From Octopus sinensis (Eukaryota): a DNA stretch of 35,319 nucleotides. The stretch spans positions 1 through 35,319 of the forward strand of contig NW_021828079.1 of assembly GCF_006345805.1 (NCBI RefSeq), read 5' to 3'. The notes below the pieces were generated by a model. The model did no database searches, had not been told where the DNA came from, and worked only from the letters and a program-made list of their open reading frames with translations. Positions 33,691 through 35,319 of the stretch are shown here, piece after piece. The number at the start of each line of letters is the position of its first letter. The first letter of the stretch is position 1. Position numbers and translations under genes: made by a program.

Positions 33691-34074
33691 CTATGCCTCC
33701 AATTTTTCTAGGGTTTCAGATAAAACATTTTTACAAATGATTTTCATAGCTAACGCAATCTATTTAAAGATTAACTAAGAAAAAAGAGACCCCCCGCCCC
33801 GCCATCACAAAAAAATTGCATAAATGAAAACATGGAGTAAAATCTTGGAAAGATTTCTGAAGTTCAGTATCATTATTGGTAATTTCAAAATGTCAGCCAT
33901 TCTTCTATTCGGTATATCGACATCCGGTTATTTCATGTCCTCCAGCCTTTCTTTAACGGTCATACTTCTTGCCATTAAAACTCCTTTTCTTGTTGAACAA
34001 TAAACCTAATAGCAGTGACTGAAAGAACCACATCCTGTCCAGAACACAGAATACTCACGAATGGTCATAGACCA

Positions 34075-35055
<981 letters not shown>

Positions 35056-35059
35056 GTTC

Positions 35060-35250
35060 AAAGTTACAGAAAAACAAAAGACGAAGACAGGTGTAGGAAA
35101 AACAAGCAGGTGTATTCGTTTAACACTCGGGGAAAATGGAAAAGTCTTTGACGTTTCGAGCCTACGCTCTTCGACAGAAAGGAATAATAGGGAAAAATGG
35201 ACAGAGAATGAAAAAAAAAAAAAAACGGCGAGAGAAAAAGTACACACATA
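35060..35250 (-). mobile_element. Element D
   Basis: Hammerhead-like motif at 35144-35182 (core CTGTCGA, GUC triplet). Confidence 0.85.
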
Positions 35251-35319
35251 CACGCTCACACACATACACACACACGCACGCACACGCACACACATACACA
35301 CACGTATATGTATGTCTGT

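Noticed and set aside
33850-34070. Minus-strand GTGAGT donor-like site and short frame MARSMTVKERLEDMK
   Set aside because: Frame closes quickly; neither an exon nor a transposase N-terminus can be supported.

Overview
Non-coding, repeat-saturated, AT-rich eukaryotic DNA with no supportable intact protein-coding gene. The microsatellite density and tRNA-headed SINE families look to me like a coleoid cephalopod (octopus-type) genome; that is pattern recollection, not a database result. Almost all ORF-track entries are microsatellite or SINE artefacts. Contents: (1) four tRNA-Thr(CGT) genes, two per strand, in a ~6.6 kb quasi-palindrome (24793-31396) that also holds three copies of a ~400-430 bp TIR element; (2) decayed autonomous elements: an RTE-type LINE reverse transcriptase split by two SINEs (12048-13899), an internally deleted mariner (10318-11006), a Penelope-like relic (7529-7820) and a second LINE RT scrap (16322-16520); (3) several SINE families (A, B, C, E are my labels); (4) seven copies of a 150-200 bp microsatellite-embedded element (D). 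The best candidate for an undescribed system is element D. Six copies carry a minimal type I hammerhead-ribozyme fold (CUG-U-N-GA-A / GAGC-GUAG-GCUC / GAAAC-GU-H) with a fixed non-canonical U at core position 6. Among the four intact copies the core and stem II vary only at N7 and H17, the two positions hammerheads tolerate. All alignments were done by eye; repeat boundaries may be off by a few bases.
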